From: Chrysomallon squamiferum
Taxonomy: Eukaryota; Animalia; Mollusca
Assembly (NCBI GenBank): GCA_012295275.1
Contig: CM022674.1
Coordinates: 12,834,001 to 12,898,000, forward strand
Reading direction: 5' to 3'
Length of the DNA stretch: 64,000 nt
Shown: positions 27,087 to 42,878 of the stretch, in pieces
How the letters are laid out: each line of letters begins with the position of its first letter
Position numbering within the stretch: the first letter of the stretch is position 1
Program-made: the position numbers and the translations under genes
Notes under the pieces: generated by a model
Seen by the model: only the letters and a program-made list of their open reading frames with translations
What the model was told of the DNA's origin: nothing
Database searches by the model: none

Positions 27087-30000
27087 TTATTTTCATCGCT
27101 ATACTTTCTGATATTAAAATCTTGGGACAAAATCTAAAATATTATTCAGCGAGCAAACAGCTGCGGCTTTTTCTTTGACCAGTTCAAGAATTATCCTTTA
27201 AAGAGTTATTCAGATTTTCTGAACGCTCATTCTACAAAGTTATTTTCTCATCGTTTACTGCTGATTGCTTCATAATCTTCTTATGCTTTTTTGACGTTTG
27301 TGTACTGAATCGAATAGAACATTGGTCTCACGCGTATTTGGTCACGTGATCTGTATATATAACTTCCGTTATTTAGACATTACTCATATTTAGGCTTGTA
27401 TATGATTATAGATAAAATCATATAATCATATATTTATAAACATCCAAATGAACAAACATACAAATAAATATATAAATAATTAAATAAATAAATAAATATG
27501 TATATTAATAAATGAAATTATTATCAATAAACAAACCAGAAGCAAACAAACAAACAAATATATAAATAAATAAATACGTATAAACATAAATAAATAAATA
27601 TGTATAAATAAATAAATAAATAAGTAACAGGCATTATAATTAATATATACGTACTGTGTGATTGACAAAACCTCCTACTAACTCAGATTCGGCTACTTCT
27701 GAGAAAACTGAGGAAAGGGTGAACTGTTAAGTATTGATTAGTCATCATTACAAAGTTATTGTTTAAACAAGGTGATGCTCATCCATTTGTAAAACCAGGC
27801 GGTGATTATCAGCCCGGGCAGAACCTATTAACTCCAAAAATATCCATATTTCAGTTTTTATGGAAATGTGAATTATTACTATTATTATTATTATTATTTT
27901 TTTTTTTTTTTTTTTTTCTTTTGTGAGATAAATATGTGCTGGTAAATTCGTAACAAAAAAAAAAAAAAAAAAAAAAAAAATGTATTTATTTCATTTTGTG
28001 AAAGTGATGGGTATTTTCTGTAATATTTACGTACGTATGTATGTATATTCCTAATTTTTGATATTTTTGTTTTCTCTGATGCCAGCATGTCTTTGTTCAA
28101 AGTTTCTTATTTTCTGCCGAGTGGGAACATCTCGACAATTTTGCTGTTAAATGTCTGGTAATGGGTTTTGTCGAATATGTTTGTCTAATGAGACTTTGGA
28201 CGAATAAAGTTTAAACTGCTCCGTCGAACAAACAAACAGTGGACCACTTTGTTAAATAAACCTTCGAAAAGCTTTTTCGATTGAACGTTGTAACGGATTT
28301 TTGTTATTGATGATACTTTCTTTTTTCTATTCTTCTCTCTCCTTTTTTTTTTTTATTTATTTAAGTGGCTGAAAAAAAATTTTAATTCTTTTAACGATTT
28401 TCGTGAACCAATTTTGAATGGGTTAGATTTGCAAACTTTTGATGGGGTTTATTAAATAAATCTTTCACTGGCGTTGTGGAATACATATTTACGGTTTTGT
28501 CAAATGAATTTTAAGAAGAATCTCTTTCTTATGAACGATCTGTTTGAACTCGTATAAACTTTTAAAAATAAATTTGTTCAACAAATCGTGATCATCATTC
28601 AGTAAACAAAACCAACAGAAACAGAAAAAAAAAGGTCAACAAATCTGCTCTTTTCGTCTCCAAAACAACCTCTAACTAAAAATAGCACTAGCAAGATATG
28701 ACCACTTGTATCGGAAGTTGTTCTTAACCTGCGCAGACCGATGCGCACGAAGCTCGTTCATGCCGACACAGCCAGAAGGTCTGACTAGACGTGTATTCAA
28801 ATAGCAGCATGAAGGAGACTGGCGCAGGGGGACTCAAACAGATCGGACACCGCAGGATTTACAACGTCGATGCATTAGCGAAATTTGTTGTTACACTAGA
28901 CTCAAGACTTTTGACGTGGCTCGGGAACGAGAAACGGTCCGGAGGCGTTTTTTTTACGTGTCTGGTTAAAGCGATCTGCCGTACGGAAATAACCGCGTGC
29001 GTACTAAACCAGCGTTCTGCAAACTTCAGATCCGTACGTTAGCGCGGGAGTCCGGAATTAGATTAAAAACATTTACCCTTGTAATAGAGGCGTCGCTAAT
29101 CAATGAAAGAGTGCAAGAATGAGAGAACAAAAGGAAAGAATAAAAAGGATGAGTGTTTGTGAGAATGGGTGGCTCTCCAGTGGGACGCTCGTTTGAGATC
29201 ATCTTCACGAGAATCGATGAAATAATCCGTCCAGGAATTTAGATGAATTACGGAATCGGACATATTGACTTTATCCATCTTCGTGTATCTATTGTCGTTT
29301 TTTTCACCGAGGTCATTCGTCTCAGCGAGCAATCCCAGTGTGCAATGCGCCACAGCTATTTTGTTTTCCCAGTCTGTGTAAAGTAGCCAGTTATGATAAA
29401 TGACATAGATGCTTGTTTTCAATTCTTCATATATATATATGCATCAAGAATTAACAAAACAACAACATACATCCATATATACTACATGCATACAGACAGA
29501 CAGGCACACACATACATACAATACATACTTACAAACATAGACAGATATATGGACAAACAGTAGACTGATATCAGGATAATAACATTACATATAGCATTTA
29601 TAATCACCTTATCGAAACGTTTTTTTTTGCAGAAATCTTTAAATTAATTTTGTTTTTCTTTTTCGTACATTATCAGTAATAAAACACAATGAAAAAGCAG
29701 ATAAATAACATAACATAAAAGATAGCATGCTTCTTTTCTTCTTCTTCTTCATCTTGTTTTTTTTTTTTTTTTTTTTTTGACTTTGAGAGATTTGGCTCCA
29801 CCGCTGGGAATCGATCGAACAATTAATCTCTTTCCAGACAATCTCCTTACCACACATATTTTTCATCACTCTCACTTTTCATTAGCTAATTTTCTTTCAT
29901 ACACTGCAGGGTTGCTTCCTTCAAACCACTTGCTGTCGATGATGAAGTTGCTGTTTCTTTAAAATTTATTTTTTAATATGTTCATCAAGATCATCACAAT

Positions 30001-32132
30001 CATCAAAATAATAATAATAATAATAACATCAACAACAACAACAACAATAACAACCGCAACACCAACAATTATATTATAGTATTTCTTTCCCCAATAAAAA
30101 ATAACAATAAACAAGACAAGACTATAACGCAAACAATAACAATAATAATAATGATGATGATGACGATGATGGTGGTGATAAGGATGATGATTGTGATGAT
30201 GATGACGATAAAATAATAATAATAATAATAATGGTAATTAAGATGATAAAATAACAACAACAACAACGATAATAATAATAGTAATAATAATGATGATGAT
30301 GATGATGATGAAGCTATAGCATACTAAATCATCTGCAACACAATATGTGAACATCCAATAACACTTAACTCAATCCCAATAATGTACTAATTAAATAACA
30401 CACAAAATTAATCTGTCACGGACAGTGCCATTGGTTGAAACAATTACTAAAACAGAGTACTGCCAATCAAATCTCTTGTTATATTATTTACTCTTAATGG
30501 CCTCAGGACCGTCTCGGATCTGCGACCCATCGTGATAAATTTGTTGCAGCAGCGACCTCTATCCTCTGCGCCATTACAACAGCTTCTCTGACGTCCGTTG
30601 TTAGACGGTGATCACCCTAATACCGACCCGTGTCAGATGGATCCGTGTCTAGAATGCTAAACGTCCTCTTTACAGTCCTTGAAAATAATTAGATATCGGC
30701 ACGATGAACACCGGTTACAAATCTTTAACAGAAATCGTTTGACCTGCGGGAACATGAAAATGCATAGCCTGACTCGTAGAAAGTAAAGAGATACTGAGAA
30801 ACAGAAGAAGACGAAGAAGAAGAAGAAGAAGAAAAAGAAGAAGAAGAAAAAGAAAATTAAGAGGATGATTAAGAAGAAGAAGAATAAAGAAAGAAGAAGA
30901 AAAAAAAAGATTAGGAATAAGAAAAACAAAAAGAAGTGAAAAAGAAGAAGAAGAAAAAGAAGAAGATTAAGACGAACAAAATGAAAAAGAAAAACAAAAA
31001 GAAGACAAAAAACATCAACAACAACAAAAAGAAGAAGATGAAGTTGATGATGATGAGAAACCTAAAGCTATTCAGAGACCGTGTTTTTAAAACATTCTCT
31101 TGTTTCTGTATAAATATTTCATCTATTTATGCATTTCACTGTCTCTCTTTCTGCCCCTCTCCTTACATGTCAGTATGTCTCTGTATATAAATTTTATAAA
31201 GTTTTTTTTTAACTATTGTAGTAAAGTAGTTGTAGATATAGCCATGGCAGTGTATTAATAATAGTAGTGTCAGCAGTTGTAATAGCTGTAGTAGTAGCTG
31301 TTGTTGTTATTGTTGTTACTGCTGTTGTTGTTATGGAGTAGTAGTAGAGGAAAAGTGATGAAACGGAAGTAACAGTAATAGAAGTTTTAATGGAAAACAT
31401 AAAATAATAATTTATATATATATATATATATTAAAAGCCACAAATAAAACAAGACGTAGATGAATAATATTCGTAGCTGTACATTAACTAAATACCATAA
31501 CGTCAGCACAATTAATTCTTGGTTGCAGTTATTAAAAAAATAATAATAATAACCTTTCCATGCAAAACACTGAAAATCTATCAAAGTGAAGCTTCTAAAT
31601 ACCAAACCGTCATCGTTATTAATTCACAAGCTGGATTATAAATGAACTTCCCAAGATACAATCAGCCATACGAAAAAAAAAAAAAAAATAAAAAAAAAAA
31701 TATTAAAAACATATTAAATATTCACGCCGAGCATCGATTCTAAATTATAGAGTCTGTCAGAAATTTTTCATACTCGATGAGGAATCAGGATTAATGACGA
31801 GGAAATTTCAATTCGTTATAGACGATGGCAAGACTCCTAGATTTTCTAATTGATTATCTACGAGCAAAAAAAACACCGATTGGTATCAGGTAATGGGAAA
31901 GATGGTTCAGGAAAGAGATCAGAGCTGGAGATGTGATTAAGTCGCATTTAGGTGATTTATGGCGTGTTTCTCAAATTTTGTGTTTTATTGCGTTAAGAGG
32001 TGAGTGAGTGATGCGTCTGTGGATGAGAACGGAGATGAAAGTGGATTGACTGTTTGAGAGTTCTGTCAAGTTTCCCTTCTAGTGTGTCAGTTTCTTGTGA
32101 CAGGGAGACACTGTAGATGTGTTTTGTGGCAT

Positions 32133-32251
<119 letters not shown>

Positions 32252-32827
32252 CAAATGTACTTTTGTTTCCGATTTAACGTCTCTGGCGTCTCTCTGTTTA
32301 CATACCAGACAGCTTTGTACGCCAGATTCAGAACACGAAATCAGATTCCTAACAGACAGAAAACAACAAAACAGACACTGAATAGACACGAGTTACATAA
32401 AACAGACGTAATTAGACACAGACGTAACTGAAATTGTCACTGTACTGTCAATCCTGATTTAAACAGACACAGTGCAGAGCAGTTTGTCCATGAACTGTTT
32501 TTACTTTTATAAAGTCACGTTAGGTTGATTTAACATACAACAAATAGATGAGGTTAACACAACCTGAAAATCCTGATCACTGTAACAAAATTATATATAC
32601 GTAATTTACTTCTGTCTATATCGTATGTGCCTATTGTAAATATCTATTTATTCATATTAATTATGGTTTCTACCGTTATAAATAAAAAGATATGCTACAA
32701 GTGTTTATGTGTTTTTGTTTTTGTTTTTTTGTATTCATACTGCGCCTTTTTGATATAACTGAAATCAAGAATTAATTGTTCTGGTAGTGTAGCTTTTAGT
32801 TAATGTATGCATTATTCATCTACGTTT

Positions 32828-32858
<31 letters not shown>

Positions 32859-35029
32859 TTTGTTTGTTTGTCTTTTTATTTATTTATTAATTCATTTATT
32901 GTTATTATAAGCATCATCATCAACATCATTATTATTTATTTATTTATTCATTTATTTATCATCATAATAATCATCATCAACATTATTATCATCATTCAAC
33001 TTCTGTTTCATCATATTATCATCAATCATCAAATTATTACTTTTTTTTTTACAAATGTTACAAATAGAATAATATTCCTCAGTCACATTTTACTAAAAGT
33101 CATAAATTATAAATTCCTTAACAAAACGTTATAAAACAAATGATATAATTATAATTATTGTACCAAAAAATTATTATCATCATTGTACAAAATATAATTA
33201 TCATGTTGTACAAAATTGTAATTATCATCATTGTACAAAATATAATTATCATTATAGAACATAAATATAATTGTAATCATTAAGCAAAAAAATAAAATAA
33301 TAAAAATAATAATAATAAAAATAAATAAATAAATAAATAAAAAAAAATAAATAATAATAATAATAAAAATAAATAAATAAATAAATAATGTTTGACAATA
33401 TTAATCATGAATACTAAAATATGAAATATAAACATTCATTCATTCGTTGGTTGGTTGGTTGGTTCATTTACTTGTTCACAGCACGCTGTTCTGAACATTC
33501 AAAATGAACTCACGAGCGCCATGGTAACACGCGCGGACGTCTGAGAAAACACAGAACGCGACGATCACACATCTACAACCAACCAGAAAACACTCAAGGT
33601 CAGAAAAACAAAACAAACAAACGAAGGAAAACGTTCACGCTGTAACGCAACCTGAACTTACATAAATCATTCATACGTAAACCTACACAATATCAATACC
33701 GTCTAGCCCTGGCTTTCCACCACTATCGTGTTAATTCATTATTTAAATATACAGAAAAAAAAAAAAACATACTCGTGTATTTCCGCCACGCTTCGTTTGG
33801 AGCGAAAGCTCAGATATGCTGCACGGGCTTGCTTAGTCTTCCCGATCGAAATGAAAAGTACCCGACACGAGCCGCGAGCGGCTGATAATTGTTTTCGATC
33901 GTCTGGTGCGGGTTTCTTATTTTTATCTCCGTTAATTAGGACCACTCATTCAGGTGGTGCGTACTGCGCCCGAGGGTCGGAGTGGACGCTATTCTAAGTT
34001 ATAGCTGATGGCAGTGTGCTAATAGAAAAGTGTCTGGTGACTGCGGTTCTCAGCTGTTGAAGGAGGAAGATAAATATAACCTGCAAGAATGGAGGATATG
34101 AAAATAATGGTGGTAATGATGAGGATGAGGGTAATGATGATAATAATGATTATGATGATGATAAGAACAACCTACAACCACAAATTCTACAGGAAAAACA
34201 GTAATAATAATAATAATAATAACAACAACAATAACAATAATAATTATAATAACAAATGCAACAACAACAGTAATAACAATGACAACAACAATAACAACAA
34301 CAATAATAATGATAATAAAAAACAGTAATAATAATGACAAAACGGTAGCAGCAGCAGCAGCAGCAGCAACAATAACAACAACAACAACAATAATAATAAT
34401 AATAATAGTAATAATAATAATAATAAAATATTTAACGTTTTTCCATAATGTCTGCAAATGTCTGAAAAGGAAGAAAAGGAAGAAAAGAGGGGAGGTCATG
34501 GGAAAAGAAATATTACATTATAATGACGTACCAAAATTTTTAATTTCCTTTAATATGGATCCTGAAATATTTTTAGCGACCACACAAACTAGAAAAAACA
34601 AAATCAGCTGCAGTGAGCCACTGTATTTCTGTCAGCAACAAGTGATATTTTACACAGTCCTTCCCATAGACAGTAAAACACATTCGACAGTATTTTATAA
34701 ACGGGGTACTTTTGTTATATTGGTAAAAATAGAGGGATAGTGGCGCCGATAATAATCGATCCTGTTACGATTCAAATATCATGCTAGTCCTCCATTAACG
34801 GAGTTACTCTTTTACCTTTGAGAAAAAAAAAAAAAAAAAAAATTTATTATGAAATATGGCACGAAGGAATGAATTCTTGAAAACTCTGACCATGAAATCG
34901 TACGTTTCTGATAACCTCAGGATCCTTTGGCGTTTCGTAACATTAATTTATTATTGTTAATAACGCCAAGGATACCCGTTGTCAGGACAACCGAACATTT
35001 TGTCTGTTACGTGTTTGACTTTAAAGGGC

Positions 35030-35325
35030 CGCGACAACTGGATGACTTGTTATAACGATTTCTGAGAGGCCTAAACAACGGGATGATTTGAAATAACGAT
35101 TTATTTCACACGTTATAATGGGATGATTTGAAAAAAAAGAAGAAAAAAAAATAGAAGATTTCTATCAAACATTACAACGTAATTATTTGAAATAACGATT
35201 TCAGTCACGTTTCACTGCTGTACTTTAAAATAACGATTTCTGATATACGTTCCAAAGAAAGGATTTTCAAAAATAATTTCTATGATACACAACAACTCAA
35301 TCATTTTTAATTACGATTTCTTTTC
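35030..35325. repeat. Decayed ~40-bp tandem repeat with conserved core ATAACGATTT(C)
   Basis: Core at ~35052, 35093, 35191 and 35230, with variants at ~35156, 35272 and 35311. Confidence 0.75.
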
Positions 35326-35410
35326 ATTTAGAAATATAGGAAAATTTCTTATGGTGTCTTAGATTATTATGTTCAGTATTATTTTAACAGTAATAATAGT
35401 AATAATAACA

Positions 35411-35469
<59 letters not shown>

Positions 35470-36219
35470 CAAGATAATGATAATAATAACAAAGGTTAAA
35501 AAAAGGAATCGTTTCCATAAATTTTTCGGTCTTTTACCGCCTTTATTTTTTGTAGCTTAAAAATCACGCGACACGCTTAGAAGAGGAAAATGTAATTAGA
35601 CAGAATAACCAGTGACGCGTCCCATACACGCTTTAGGCTGCAGAATTTTAATAAGGAAACACGAGGAAAATATTCTGTGGTCTGAGACCTCTCTGAGTTT
35701 CATAATTGCATTTCACATTAATCTTCAGTTAATAATGTCACTGAAGAGAGAATGTGTTAAATTTAGAAATCCGTAATTTAGCGATTGCGGATTCATATAA
35801 TAATATTAATGATAATGAATAAGATGATGATGATTTAGATGATGATAACGATGTTGATAATAACGATAACGATAATGATGATGATGATGATGATGATAAT
35901 GAGCATGGTGATGGCAATAATGAAGATAATTACGATTATGATTAATAACTTTTTTAATCCAGATAATGATTAAAACGTACTAGTATTATCGTAAATGAAT
36001 AATAGATGATGATATTAATAAATATATTAACAATGAAATCCATACGTTAAAACCTAACCTCAAACACATACAGACAAATGTACACATACCACAAACACAC
36101 GCTATGCATGCAAATACACATACACACACGTTTTAATTAAAAATATAAAAAATACCTATGTAATTATCATGCTAAAATAAATAAAGAGAACAATGCCATA
36201 CATTAAAACAGAGAAAAAA

Positions 36220-36790
36220 ACAAAATCGCTTTAATATACAGATCAATAAAACACATTAAGAAAAATAGTCACGGCAACTTTAATAAAATATACACCAAAC
36301 ATTTCAAAGAATAAACAAAGGCTTTAAAATAAGCTTGAAAGAAAACATCGGACACAATAAGCTACGTGGCAGCTTTAATAAAATATAAGCTGAGCTTGTT
36401 ATAAAATGTCACGTGTTTGTATTCAACAACACAAGCGTTAAGTAACGTAATACCGTTATAAATACGTTACAGCATATTTGATAAAGTCTACACAAAACAG
36501 TGCAGTACGTTTGAAAGCGGTGTCGTGGTTTTTTTTAATCAAATCTAAACAAAACAATGGAAAATATTTTACAAACTGATGAAGTGGCTTTAATAAAATC
36601 TACACAAAATAATGGAAAATAGTTTATAAACTGATATGATAGCTTTAACGAAATTTCCACAAAACAATGGAAGAGTGTCTTTAATAAAATCTACAGAAGA
36701 AAAGGAACATGCGGTTTGACATCTTTAACAAAATATTCCCAGAAACAATGGAACGGTTGGGTTATATAGTGAGTTTAAGAAAATCTTCAC
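36220..36790. repeat. Decayed ~45-55-bp tandem repeat (CTTTAATAAAATCTACACAAAACAATGGAA core), ~10 copies
   Basis: The best-conserved copies are at 36530-36760; copies toward 36220 are progressively more degenerate. Confidence 0.8.
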
Positions 36791-37150
36791 AAGATTTTAG
36801 TCTGATTCTAGAATTCTACGTCGCTGTTTTAATAATGAGTATGCTGAACAATGTATCATGACTAAAAATTCGATAATCGAGCTTTATTTTTGTTTCGATA
36901 TATTTTTTTCTAACCGGTGAACCTATAAAAACTTGCCTGGAAAAAAATAATTCCGTGGACTTGATGGAAAGGTTTTCTTGAGGCGGTGTCTACGACAACC
37001 ACTGAGAATAATTCAAATGTTTCGCTTAGAAATAATTAGACTCCATGACCGAGCATTTCACCTATTTCTTCAGACAACATGGCGGCATTCACGAACAGTT
37101 TCATGGTGTTAATACCGTCACCGTAGTGGAATGAAATTTTCAAGACGAGT

Positions 37151-37230
<80 letters not shown>

Positions 37231-37861
37231 AAAATGTGAGAAAAGAAAGAGAAATATTTTAATAAATGTTTCTCTGTTAACGATTTCTAAAGATCCATTC
37301 ACACTTTACAACTTGCACTGATAGTCATTGTAAACATTCTCTTCTAAACATAACCAGCAACTATTGCAGCGTAATACTGCAATAAGCTGTACTCTGACAG
37401 ATTAAAAACTGAAATAATATCAGTTTATACGTTGTAACAGCAATCCTTGAACGCGCAATAAAAATTGATTACTACAAGTTATTTGGTCACAAGGAAGCCT
37501 TAACAAATAAAATGGCGCCATTGAAAGGGCACTAAAGCCGGACGCTACTTAGAACAGCCAATATCCGCTCAGTTACTGTTCGGCTCCGGTTTCACACACG
37601 CCCTGATAAAAAGTACTTGAAGAATGTGAGGGTCTCGTAATACAGATTTTTAAATTTCCGTTGTTCTGTGATTTTGAAAACGATTGAACGATTTAGGAGT
37701 TACTTACTGTTATTTACTAATAACTGATGAATTAAAATAAATTAAAATAAATAAATAAATAAAAATAAATAAATAAATAAATAAATATACTCATGCAGAG
37801 TAACAATGTTATAAAAATATATTTATTTAAAAAAAAAATCATTATTAAGATTATTATTATC

Positions 37862-37912
<51 letters not shown>

Positions 37913-38223
37913 GTATTGTTGTTGTTGTTGTTGTTGTTTACAATGGAATGCTAATATCGACAGCTTTCTTTTATTCTTATTTTTTAAATAACAAATTTAA
38001 TAATGAGTTAAGCTCGTTTATTTTCCTATATATGAAATTGATGATTAATGAATAACAATAATAATAATAATAATAATAATAAGTAAATAAATAACAACAA
38101 TAATAACAGCAATAACAAATAAAACAACAACAAAAACAATAATAATGATAATAACAGTAGTTAGTAGTAGTAGCAATAATAATGATGATGATGCTGATGA
38201 TGACGATGATATTAATAACAACT

Positions 38224-38292
<69 letters not shown>

Positions 38293-39397
38293 GTAATAAT
38301 AACAATAATAATTATAATAATAGCAGTAATATTAGTAAAAATAAAATGCAGCAAATAAAAACTTGTCGCACCAGTCGGTATTTGTTCATGTTTTTTCTTC
38401 CTTTCTTCCTTTCGTTATGCTTTTCTTTCTTTCCAGTCAGATTTAACACACCGCATTTTTTAAACTTATAAAACCTTCTCTTTTTTTTTTTTGTTACTGA
38501 ACTTCCTGTATTGCGCAACAGAGATCGATACCTGATTGGTCAATTTATCATAATGGCGGATCACGACAGCCTATCATTACACTCCATCTTTTAACCGCGG
38601 TACTTATTTTCATATTTTTTAAAAACTTTTTTTTTTACGTTTTTGGAAAATTACGTCAAATGGACGCAGATTAAAGGAGAAGTGCTTTTAGTGAAACGTC
38701 AGTAATATAGCGGAGCAGAAACCTTTTGTAAAATTATAGCCTTTCAAGACCGAATGGTTTAATTTACCGTGTCCCCTGTTTTGAAACCGATAAGCACTGA
38801 TGAAGCGCACGAGAGAGGCTGGCTCAGGCTATAATTTACTTGTACGGAACCGACTCCAATGTTTTATTAGTCGATTATGTTTGAGTGGTAATAATTTTCT
38901 ATAATACCAACGCTTCTCACATATCTGACGTTTTGAGTACAGCAGTTCGTGGAATGTCTAAATAAGTGGACGTGCCAGTACGTTGACGTCGTTGTGACGG
39001 TGATGGTAACGTTTATAAGATGGCTGATGTCGTTGTGATGTTGATAATGATACCAGTGATGTTTATAAAATTATATGCCTCGTATGGTAAAAATGATTGT
39101 AATAAATGACATAAAAAATGAAAAATGAAACCGACAAGGACCTTATGAATAAATGCAAAATACAAGTTATAATAAGCTAACAGTGACAAACATAATAGTA
39201 ATAGTAAGAATAATAATAACAGCAGTAACTAATACAAGAACATAACAACAGTAATAATAACAATGGTAACAAAACAATATCGACTACGACAATGTTAATA
39301 ATAAACAGAACAGAAACAACAATAATACCACCAACAGCAACAGCCATAACAAAACAACAACAACAACAAAAGAGCATTAATGGGAACAATAAAAGAG

Positions 39398-39479
<82 letters not shown>

Positions 39480-39659
39480 GGCAAAATAACAATACAATAA
39501 ATAAATAAGAATAATAAAAAGTAATATCAGCAATATCAGCAGGTAACTTAGAACAAAAATGACATTAACAATATTGATAATAACAACTGATAAAAAATAA
39601 AATTAAAAAAAGGTCTCGACGAGATACACCACAACGACTACAACGACTACAACGACAAC

Positions 39660-40005
39660 GACTATGACGAATATTTATTCAATATTTTATTTCAAAAGTC
39701 ACAAACCAGAAAACAAAAATCATGGACTTCATAACTAACGAATATCATAAAACAAAAAGAAAAAGGCAAAAAAAAAAAAACAAACAATAATGAATATCTA
39801 TGGTTTTGTAAAAGATTATAAGCAAGAAAATAAAAATATTATTGTTTTGGGAATACTAAAAAATCCTACATAACTAACCATGCTCATAAAACAACAAGAA
39901 AAACAACAACAACGAATATCTCCTGCAGTTTTATTTAAAGTTTACAAACAAGAGAATAAAATATCATTGCTCGGGGAATACTAAAAACCGCAGATTATAC
40001 ATAAT
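39660..40005. repeat. Diverged tandem triplication, ~120-125-bp unit
   Basis: GAATAT...AAA(A)AT(A)TCAT(T)G...CATAA(C/T)T units at ~39666, 39790 and 39911. GGGAATACTAAAAA is shared by copies 2 and 3. Confidence 0.75.
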
Positions 40006-40416
40006 TTATTGACGATAACTGTAAATTGATCTAGCCTAGGAAATGAAACATTCTGTTAAGTGATAAATCTCTGAAGAAAGATAATACGTTACAGTGAAAT
40101 ATCAGAAAAGAAAAACGCCTGAAGGATCAAACCTCGACGGACCTGCCACTGGAAAATGTGGGGTTAAAGCAAGTGTCTCATGTAATTACCACGTGATAGT
40201 TTAAACGATGATAGAAATTGAAAATAAATAAATAAATAAATAAAAGCGCAGACGTTTATTAAAGATTCTGGTAAACGCTGTTTTATTTGTGGTAAACTGT
40301 ATGTAAAATAATATCGTTCTTTGACTTCAGCTGTCAGGAAGTCTTAGAAAATAAGTGAGAAAAAAAAGAGTGTATGTTAATGTATCGTAATGTTTGTAAA
40401 CTGTTGTCTGGCTGTT

Positions 40417-40453
<37 letters not shown>

Positions 40454-40954
40454 GTGTGTGTGGTTGTGCTTGCATGGGTGTGGCTGTGGGTGGGTTTGTC
40501 TTTGTGAGCGAGTAGTTTCGTCGTCTACCTCAGGAGTGCAGGTGAAGTACGTTTAGTCTCGTCAGTGGCATCTGACAGGTTTGTGATGTCGTGATTGGAC
40601 CAGTGGGTTCCCGAATGTTGTCTATGTGCAGAGTGTGTTCAGACGTACTTAAGACAGAGAATATTCATTCTTAAATATATACACAGATACATATGCATAC
40701 ATACATACAAACAAACACACCTAGATACACAAATAAATACATATAAAATAAATAGGTATAAATAACATACGTACGTACGTACAAACACACATGGATAGAT
40801 ATAAATACATACATAAATACATGTACATATACAAATACATGAATATTTTTCATTTTTCTACTCACGTTCATTTTAACATACATGATATATACATAAAGAT
40901 ACACATACTTAAGTTAGTTATATCCGTATACATACTCTCTCTCTCTTTCTCTCA

Positions 40955-41069
<115 letters not shown>

Positions 41070-42846
41070 ACAGAGATACACAAACAGGCAGACTGTATGC
41101 CACTGTAAGTCAATACGTGTGTTAAAGAAACTGAGAAAACCGAGAGAGGACAAACAGAACGGAGACTTTGACTCGCAAACAGCTAATTCTCTTTGTCTGC
41201 GATAAACTCAAATAAAATGATTATCAACTAGACTACTCGGCTTTACTCGCGTCCGCAGTCAAAACGAAAATGACGAAATAACTGAGGGAATCAGTGGAAA
41301 CACACCAATCATCGATAATCGTTTTTAGCTCGTGAAAGCGATTTATTGTCTTCTAGGTTGTTGTAAACCGTAACCTCTCTTGTGGCCCCTGTCTTCACGT
41401 GAAGGTTTTGTGTTTTATTTAAAGTCACTTGATGAGAAAAGGTTAAGATATCAGGGTTAAAATGGCAGACAATCGTTTTGTTATAATTGTATTGTGTCTT
41501 CCAGGCATTTTTTTTTTTTTTATTTATTTGTTTAAATTTTTTTTGTTTATTTTTTTTTATTCATCTATCAATTTATTTATTGATTTATTGACGTACTTAT
41601 TTGTTTATTTATTAAGATATTTATTATTAAAATTTCGCTCGGTAATGACAGCAAAAAAATCAAATCAACGAAAGTTGATGTATTTATGTCAAACATTTAG
41701 CTCACAACCATTTCTATTTATTTACTTTAGTTTATGTTTCAATCATTTAGTCAATTTTCTGAAAATTTAGACAATGTATCTATCTGTACACAGCTAATTA
41801 CCTAAAATTATGCAAATTTTACCATTCGCTCACAGAAATGTATTAGCTATTTTCTTACATTCATTTAACTACTCAAATATCCATGTCTACTCAACATCTG
41901 TTTGTCTGTCTGTCTGTCTATCTGTTAATTAAATCATCAGTAGGTGCATTTGACCATGTAGCACATTCCCACAATGCCGCAGATTTCTTTTTAGAAAATG
42001 TCGATCTTTAGAACAAAGAATTGTTTTTATTTTTATCAAAGGCTTCTTTCAAATCTTCATTTCACTTACCGGTTTCCGGTCCAGCACGCGAGATATTTTT
42101 ATCAGGTGGACACCGCGGAAGCCAGTTGACTGAGAATATCAATAAAATTAATTAGAAATTAGCAAACAAGTAGTTTGGATTACAAAATCAATGTCATTAC
42201 TGGAGACGGCCGCGGACTCCTTTGAAGAGTTGTCTGGATGCAGATTGCTTCCGACTCCGGATTAACAGCAACAGACAGTGTACAAATTACTTAGCGACAC
42301 GGCTTCAGAGCAAATAGCCACAGTGTTGCTGTAATTAAATTAGACACAGAACTGCGAGGTGCTTGGATCGATTCCTGGTGGGTCTTCTTTGTCTAGAACT
42401 GACTGGATGGTGGATCATAATCTTCTTTCTTCTTGTTTTAGTAGAATTGTGGGTAAGTTCTGGAGGTTACGAGATCAAAACTTACAACTTGCTTTTTAAC
42501 CGGAGTAAAATGAAAAAAAAAAAAAAAAAAATCAATCAAAAAAATAATGGAAATAATAAATACATTTATTTGTTGAGTCAGAAGTAAAATCAGACAGTGG
42601 AATGTCTGGGTGGAAATCTAAAACCATTTTTCAAGTAACTCTGAAAAAAATCAACTGACCAGGATTCATCCAGGAAACTTTGTAATAGTTTGATTTGATT
42701 AGTTTGATCTAATCTCCAGTCTCTAAACTGATGATCGTCAGTGGTAATTCAGTTAGTTTTGTCTCTTTGGACATAGTGGTAGAAGTTTGGATAACGTACC
42801 TGGTGTTCAACTGATAGAAATAGGTGTGTCTGTGTGTGTCCACTTG

Positions 42847-42878
<32 letters not shown>

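Noticed and set aside
34009-34050. TGGCAGTGT resembling the miR-34 5' end
   Set aside because: The match ends shortly after the seed and no convincing precursor hairpin is evident.
35030-36790. CRISPR array interpretation of the repeat-spacer-like arrays
   Set aside because: Eukaryotic context, degenerate non-identical repeats, partly homologous spacers, no cas genes.
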